Shown in pieces: positions 59,466 to 64,000 of a stretch of DNA of 64,000 nt; the stretch's first letter is position 1; each line of letters starts with the position of its first letter. This DNA comes from an uncultured Oscillospiraceae bacterium (lineage in GTDB: Bacteria > Bacillota > Clostridia > Oscillospirales > Oscillospiraceae), in the NCBI GenBank assembly GCA_964465395.1, contig CAYXIN010000001.1:5065-69064 (forward strand), in the 5' to 3' direction. The notes beneath the pieces were generated by a model. It was given only the letters and a program-made list of their open reading frames with translations, was not told the DNA's origin and did not search any database. A program made the translations under genes and the position numbers.

Positions 59466-59807
59466 ATGGCAACTGCATACAACTCCATTGCGCAGGAATG
59501 CGCAAGCTTTGCCGTCAGCGGCAATCTGATCGAGGGTGAGCCCTGCAAGATGTCCACTGACAGAACGGTAGCCCTCTGCGCCTCGAACAACGATTTCATC
59601 GGCGTGGTGCAGCATGTGCGCAACAAGGTCGCCACGGTCGCCGTGCGCGGCTTTGTCACGGTGCCCTACAGCGGCACAGCGCCGACCGTGGGTCGCGTGG
59701 CGCTGGTCGCCAACGGCAGCCACGGCGTGATGGTCGGGGAGAGCGGCACGGTGCGCACCGTAGTCTGCCGCGACCTGAGCAAGAAAACTGTCACTTTTCT
59801 GATGTAA
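59466..59807 (+). CDS. Capsid decoration/cement-like protein
   Basis: 113 aa, beta-rich, between protease and capsid; FIGVV..V.V.VRGFVTV pattern. Confidence 0.5.
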   Translation: MATAYNSIAQECASFAVSGNLIEGEPCKMSTDRTVALCASNNDFIGVVQHVRNKVATVAVRGFVTVPYSGTAPTVGRVALVANGSHGVMVGESGTVRTVVCRDLSKKTVTFLM

Positions 59808-59823
59808 GCAGGAGGTTTGTGAA

Positions 59824-60849
59824 ATGAGCTACGAAAGCATTCGCCTGGAAAAAGGCATGTACCGCCAGAGCGGAAAAACCTTTGCACAGGTACTTGAGGG
59901 ACTCGATCCCTCCGAAAATTATCACGGCACAGCGCTGGAGGGCACGGACGCCTTCCAGCGCCAGCTCAAGCGCTTCGGCATCCGCGCCAAAGGCCCCGGC
60001 TCCGACACGGTTGAGAAATTCTTCGCCACCACGGATTCGGCGGTGCTGTTCCCGGAATTTATTTCCCGCGTGGTGCGGCAGGGCATGGATGAGGCCGATC
60101 TGCTCTCGCGCCTGTGCGCGACGGTGACAAGCATCGACGCCATGGACTACCGCAGCATTTATTCCGTCCCAACCGAGGAGGAGAAAAAGCCCATGGATGT
60201 GGGCGAGGGCGCGGCGCTGCCCGCTGCGGTGATCCGCACGCGGGAGCACCTTGTGCAGCTCAAAAAGCGCGGCCGCCTGCTGACGGCCAGCTACGAGGCG
60301 CTGCGCTTCCAGAAGCTGGATCTGTTCTCCGTCATGCTGCGGCAGATGGGCGCGGCAATCCAGAAAACGCTGGTCAGCGACGCAGTGGAGGTGCTGATCT
60401 CCGGTGACGGCAACAGCAACGCCGCCGCGACCTACCGCATCGGCACCAGCCCGATGAGCGGTACCTCCGGCACGCTGACCTACGCGCAGCTTGTGGAATT
60501 CTGGGCCAGCTTCTCGCCCTATGAGATGAACACGCTCGTGCTGAGCGCGCCGACCACGGTGAAGCTGTTACAGCTTCCGGAAATGCAGAATCCTGCCGCC
60601 GGGCTGGATTTCCAGGGCAGCGGCAGGCTGATTACGCCGCTGGGCGCGCAGATTCTGCGCACCGACGCCATCTCTGACGGGCGCATTCTGGCTCTTGACC
60701 GCCGCTTTGCGCTGGAAATGGTGCAGGCCGGGGAGGTCAGCGTCGAATTCGACAAGCTCATCGACCGCCAGATGGAAATGGCGGCCATCACGAGCATCTG
60801 CGGCTTCAGCAAAATCTGCAACGAGGCCACGGCCGTGCTGACGATCTGA
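59824..60849 (+). CDS. Major capsid protein (HK97 fold)
   Basis: 341 aa; VLFPEFISRVVRQG, VGEGAALP, VQLKKRGRLL.ASYEALR..LDLF...MG..I, typical of the HK97 E-loop and backbone helix. Confidence 0.85.
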   Translation: MSYESIRLEKGMYRQSGKTFAQVLEGLDPSENYHGTALEGTDAFQRQLKRFGIRAKGPGSDTVEKFFATTDSAVLFPEFISRVVRQGMDEADLLSRLCATVTSIDAMDYRSIYSVPTEEEKKPMDVGEGAALPAAVIRTREHLVQLKKRGRLLTASYEALRFQKLDLFSVMLRQMGAAIQKTLVSDAVEVLISGDGNSNAAATYRIGTSPMSGTSGTLTYAQLVEFWASFSPYEMNTLVLSAPTTVKLLQLPEMQNPAAGLDFQGSGRLITPLGAQILRTDAISDGRILALDRRFALEMVQAGEVSVEFDKLIDRQMEMAAITSICGFSKICNEATAVLTI

Positions 60850-60850
60850 G

Positions 60851-61192
60851 ATGTCCGGGGAAATCTACAGCCGCGCGCTGACGCTGCTGGGCGGCACGCT
60901 GAGCAACGAGGAGCAGGCGCTCCTGCGCGATGTCTGCGCCGCGGTTCAGCGGATGCTGACCCAGACGCTTCGCGCGGGCGTGACGCCGGAGGATTGCAGT
61001 GAGCCCTTCTCGGTCGCGGCGGCGCTGCTGGCGGCTGAGGTCACGCGCAGCCCCATGCGCGACGGGCTGCAAATCTTTGACGCGGGCACCATGCGGCTGC
61101 ATTTTGCCGACGGCCCGGCGGGAAAGCTGGCGCGGCAGCTTCTTGCGCCCTGGCTGGACGGCGGTGTCTGCTTCCGGAGCGTGGCGACATGA
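60851..61192 (+). CDS. Head-tail connector (adaptor)-like protein
   Basis: 113 aa, helical, directly after the capsid gene; LLAPWLD C-terminal motif. Confidence 0.55.
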   Translation: MSGEIYSRALTLLGGTLSNEEQALLRDVCAAVQRMLTQTLRAGVTPEDCSEPFSVAAALLAAEVTRSPMRDGLQIFDAGTMRLHFADGPAGKLARQLLAPWLDGGVCFRSVAT

Positions 61193-61530
61193 AGGCGCTG
61201 ATTGCAAGGCTGCTGACCGCCTACGGCTCGACGGTCACGGTGCATTTTGAGCAGGAGAGCCGCGCGGTGCGGGCGCTGCTTCAGCCCGTTACCTCAAAAA
61301 GCTGGCAGAATATGGAGCGCATGATCCCCGTGGGAGGCCAGATCCCGCGGGGACAATTCCTCTATATCGGCCCGCCGGAGGTGGACGTGACGCAGGCCAC
61401 GCATCTGAGTCTGCTGGGAAAGACCTACCTCGTGCGCCGGGTAGACCGGATTCTCTACCGCGATCAGGTGCTTTATCTCTGGGGACTTCTGGTGGAAGGA
61501 GGGCGTGAGGATCCATGGAGCGAATCCTGA
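61189..61530 (+). CDS. Head closure (stopper)-like protein
   Basis: 113 aa, beta-rich; RALLQPV..FLYIGP..YLV.RV..YLWG; position after the adaptor. Confidence 0.5.
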   Translation: MKALIARLLTAYGSTVTVHFEQESRAVRALLQPVTSKSWQNMERMIPVGGQIPRGQFLYIGPPEVDVTQATHLSLLGKTYLVRRVDRILYRDQVLYLWGLLVEGGREDPWSES

Positions 61531-61946
61531 GCGCGCTGACCCAACGCCTGCGCAGCGCCGGGCTGCATGTGACGCGCGACGACCCGAATCAGACCCTGCC
61601 GCGGCTGAAGCTGCCGATGCTGGCGCTGCGCGCAGAGGGCGCGCAGCGGCGCTCCCTGGCGCCGGGCGACCTGCTGGCCGGGCACTACAGCTCCGGCACG
61701 ACCACCGGGAAGGAGCTGACGCTGACGGTGCAGCTTGTGGTCTACTCGCCCTACCGCAGCGGCGAGCAGCTCTGCGAGGACGCTGTGTCACAGAGCCTTC
61801 TGGCGCTCGACGGCGGCCTGCAAAACGCCAATCTCCTGGCGCTGCGCTGCGGGCCGATTGCCTACGACCCTGACGCGGACTGCTACTGCTGCCGGATTCA
61901 GGCGGAGCTGCGCGCCTGGGATGTGACCTTCACCGCCGCGCAGTGA
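61515..61946 (+). CDS. Tail terminator-like protein
   Basis: 143 aa; LTVQLVVYSP...YD.DADCY.CRIQ pattern of SPP1 gp17/lambda gpU-like proteins; position. Confidence 0.5.
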   Translation: MERILSALTQRLRSAGLHVTRDDPNQTLPRLKLPMLALRAEGAQRRSLAPGDLLAGHYSSGTTTGKELTLTVQLVVYSPYRSGEQLCEDAVSQSLLALDGGLQNANLLALRCGPIAYDPDADCYCCRIQAELRAWDVTFTAAQ

Positions 61947-61956
61947 AAATACAAAG

Positions 61957-61984
61957 GGCGGTACGGGTGCAGACCCGTACCGCC
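61957..61984 (+). other. Strong GC-rich intra-operon hairpin without U-tract
   Basis: GGCGGTACGGGT-GCAG-ACCCGTACCGCC, a perfect 12-bp stem. Confidence 0.7.
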
Positions 61985-62001
61985 GGAAAGGATGAGATCC
62001 G

Positions 62002-62394
62002 ATGTCACTTATCCCGGTTCAGACGGGATTTCAGCTTTTTTACGACAGCATTGAGCTGGCCGGATTACAAAGCTATGAGCTGCGGCTGTTGCAGCAGGTG
62101 CGCCGCGTGGAGCAGGTTGGGCACAACCTGCCGGACAAGCTGCTCTACGGCGGCTACTCTTATCAGCTCACCGTGCGGCGGCTGCTGCCGGACACGCCGG
62201 AGGCACCGACCTGGCCCCTGGCACGCACGGAAAGTCCCTTCACGATGCGCATTCGTCGCCAACGGCGGGAGGACACGCTTGAGGGCTGTATGTTGCTGTC
62301 GCTGACGGAGCGCTGCGAGCACAACGGCTGCGCCGTCGAGGAGATGGTCTGCCTGGCGCGGACGCTGCGCTCGGCGCTGGTCAGCACAGCGTAA
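62002..62394 (+). CDS. Tail tube-like protein
   Basis: 130 aa; AGLQSYEL..YQLTVRRL..FTMRI..LEGC..EEM.C.A beta-strand pattern of short tube proteins; weak call. Confidence 0.4.
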   Translation: MSLIPVQTGFQLFYDSIELAGLQSYELRLLQQVRRVEQVGHNLPDKLLYGGYSYQLTVRRLLPDTPEAPTWPLARTESPFTMRIRRQRREDTLEGCMLLSLTERCEHNGCAVEEMVCLARTLRSALVSTA

Positions 62395-62408
62395 GGAGGT
62401 GAGAGCAG

Positions 62409-62729
62409 ATGCAATTCGGAAGCTTCCTCTGGCCCAACGAGCCGTCACACCTGCGATGCAGCTACCGCCGCCTGCTGCAAAGTCAGAGCGGCGTCTGGAG
62501 CCTGAGTGACCAGGGCTACGGCGGCTGCACCGTTGTGGCCGAGGGCGATTTTTACACAAGCGGCAGCGCAACCGCGCTGGAGGCGCTGTTCCGCACGGGC
62601 GGCGCGCTGACGCTGCGGCTGCCGAACGCGGGCAGCTTCACGGCGCGCTTCACCGCCCTGACGCTGGAACAGGAGCCGGTGGCCGGCTGCATACACTACA
62701 CGGCAACCTTTCAGGAGACGCCCGCCTGA
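62409..62729 (+). CDS. Tube-initiator / DNA-circularisation-N-like protein
   Basis: 106 aa; F.WPNEP..QG.GG.TV.AEGDF..L..LF..L.LP..Y.ATFQE resembles Mu gpN/DNA_circ_N-type hub proteins; weak call. Confidence 0.4.
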   Translation: MQFGSFLWPNEPSHLRCSYRRLLQSQSGVWSLSDQGYGGCTVVAEGDFYTSGSATALEALFRTGGALTLRLPNAGSFTARFTALTLEQEPVAGCIHYTATFQETPA

Positions 62730-62739
62730 GGGCGTGCCC

Positions 62740-63225
62740 TCAGCCCTCTGCCGGACGCGGCCAGCGCTTCGGCACGGGGTTTTCCCGCAGACGGCGGAAA
62801 AAATCCCGGAGGGCCTGCCCGCACTGCGCCTCCAGCACGCCGCCGGAGACCTGCGGGCGGTGATTGTAGGGCAGGGCAAACAGATCGGTCAGCGTGCCGC
62901 AGGAGCCGGCCTTCGGGTCGCGGGCGCCATAGACCACGCGGGGAATGCGGGCATTGATGATGGCCCCGGCGCACATGGGGCAGGGCTCCAGCGTGACATA
63001 GAGCGTGCAGCGCCACAGGCGCCAGCCGCCCAGCGTCCGGCAGGCCATGTCAATGGCCTCCAGTTCCGCGTGCGCCAGCGCGTTTTTCCCCGCCTCGCGG
63101 CGGTTGCGGCCCCAGCCGACGGCGCGCTCACCATCGACAATGACACAGCCGACGGGCACCTCACCCGCCTGCGCCGCCTCCTGCGCCAACTCCAGCGCGC
63201 GGGCCATCCATTCCTGATCCGTCAT
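62740..63225 (-). CDS. tadA: tRNA-specific adenosine deaminase
   Basis: GEVPVGCVIV, AHAELEAI, YVTLEPCPMCAGAI, YGARDPKAG. Confidence 0.95.
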   Translation of the reverse strand: MTDQEWMARALELAQEAAQAGEVPVGCVIVDGERAVGWGRNRREAGKNALAHAELEAIDMACRTLGGWRLWRCTLYVTLEPCPMCAGAIINARIPRVVYGARDPKAGSCGTLTDLFALPYNHRPQVSGGVLEAQCGQALRDFFRRLRENPVPKRWPRPAEG

Positions 63226-63403
63226 GGGGTCAAGCCTCCCTCCTGCATTCCCGGCGCAGCGGACGCGCCGGAGAGCCCCCTGACGCATCGGAAGCCGACG
63301 CGCGCGGGAGATCTGTTTTTTCATATCATAGCCGATTCCACGCCCGGCGTCAACCGCAATTCGGGGGAGGACAGCGCCTCCCCCAGCAAAGGAGAGATGA
63401 AGA

Positions 63404-63565
63404 ATGATGAGGGAGTTTCAGCCGACAGACTGGTGTGCGCTGTGCGGCATTGAGCTTTACGCCGGCTCATACTGCTACCGCGTCGAGGGCCGCCGGATCT
63501 GTCCGGCTTGTCTGGCCGCCTACGCACGCGTGCTGCTGCGGGAGGCACGGGAGGTTGTGCCATGA
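63404..63565 (+). CDS. 53-aa zinc-finger protein (not in the ORF track)
   Basis: Manual translation MMREFQPTDWCALCGIELYAGSYCYRVEGRRICPACLAAYARVLLREAREVVP; AAAGGAG RBS; stop overlaps the next ATG (ATGA). Confidence 0.75.
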   Translation: MMREFQPTDWCALCGIELYAGSYCYRVEGRRICPACLAAYARVLLREAREVVP

Positions 63566-63795
63566 AGCTGAGTGAGCTGTCCCTGGGCTATCTGGTAGCC
63601 GCAGAACAGCTTCGGCACAATCTGCGCACCCTGCGCCGGGAGCTGCGCTGTTGTCAGGACCCCTGCCGCCGCGCCGTGCTGCGCCATCAGATTGCGCGGC
63701 TGGCACGCATCCTGACGCAGTGCCGGGAGCTGGCGGAGCTGACCGCCCATTACTACGAGAGGAGCTATTTCCGCAGTGAAAAATATACACTTTGA
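63562..63795 (+). CDS. Small helical hypothetical protein (77 aa)
   Basis: GGAGG RBS; coupled to both neighbours; MKLSELSLGY..YYERSYFRSEKYTL. Confidence 0.7.
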   Translation: MKLSELSLGYLVAAEQLRHNLRTLRRELRCCQDPCRRAVLRHQIARLARILTQCRELAELTAHYYERSYFRSEKYTL

Positions 63796-64000
63796 TGAGT
63801 ATTGCGACCTGCGTCTGCCGCCCCAGCTTCAGCTTCGGCGCGTGCAGAACGTGATCGACCAGGAGCTTTCGCGCAAGCAGCGGGAGGTGCTGCTCGCTGT
63901 GTATTTCGAGCGAAAAAGTCAGGTGGAGATCGCGCGGGAGCGCGGCGTCTGCCCCTCGACGGTTCATCGCACCCTGCGCCGCGCGGAGGATCGGCTGCGT
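63776..64000 (+). CDS. Stand-alone sigma70 region-4-type HTH protein (partial, runs off the window)
   Basis: GTG start with GAGGAG RBS; manual translation includes ELSRKQREVLLAVYFERKSQVEIARERGVCPSTVHRTLRRAEDRLR. Confidence 0.8.
   Translation, partial: MKNIHFDEYCDLRLPPQLQLRRVQNVIDQELSRKQREVLLAVYFERKSQVEIARERGVCPSTVHRTLRRAEDRLR

Larger units (their letters stand above)
55633..62729 (+). other. Phage-derived head-neck-tube morphogenesis operon (candidate domesticated GTA-like element)
   Basis: 11 co-oriented, closely spaced and often overlapping intact ORFs in canonical Caudoviricetes order; no integrase, replication, lysis or att features seen; core genes on both sides. Confidence 0.75.

Noticed and set aside
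59824-60849. Encapsulin nanocompartment
   Set aside because: The capsid gene is accompanied by terminase, portal and neck genes, which encapsulin operons lack; no cargo enzyme is present.
61515-62729. Contractile injection system / tailocin
   Set aside because: No sheath, baseplate or spike genes, and a full DNA-packaging head module is present.
63226-63400. SRP RNA (scr/ffs) next to tadA as in Bacillus
   Set aside because: No GNAGG/GGAA-AGCAG helix-8 motif found on either strand.
55633-64000. Complete or inducible temperate prophage
   Set aside because: No integrase, repressor, replication, tape-measure, baseplate or lysis genes, and no att repeats or tRNA target seen; intact tadA lies within the span.

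Overview
This is a GC-rich (by eye about 65%) chromosomal window from a spore-forming Clostridia member, probably a gut Oscillospiraceae-like organism (inferred from gene content and order). Most of it is housekeeping: pta, pckA, murA, murB, recA/recX, rimO, pgsA, prmC, dnaE, whiA, nrdR and tadA. It also carries sporulation genes (spoIIGA-sigE, spoIIE-like, spoVFA/B), a TPP riboswitch-thiT unit, a lipoprotein-OmpR/HK operon and a complete branched-chain amino-acid fermentation operon (ptb-buk-ATPase-2-oxoacid:ferredoxin oxidoreductase-ilvE). The outstanding feature is a compact, apparently intact 11-gene virion-morphogenesis operon at 55633-62729: TerS, TerL, portal, protease/scaffold, decoration, HK97-type capsid, connector, closure, terminator-like, tube-like and hub-like genes. 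It lies between core genes (spoVFAB/DUF4364 and tadA) with no integrase, replication, repressor, tape-measure, baseplate or lysis genes, and looks like a domesticated, GTA-like particle system rather than a prophage. Just beyond tadA is a phage-like three-gene operon: a 53-aa zinc finger missed by the ORF track, a helical protein and a stand-alone sigma70 region-4 HTH. Secondary signals are a REP/BIME-like palindromic repeat cluster (not CRISPR), a stand-alone RapZ C-terminal domain and recurring TGTAAC boxes. All product calls come from motif recognition by eye; no database searches were run.
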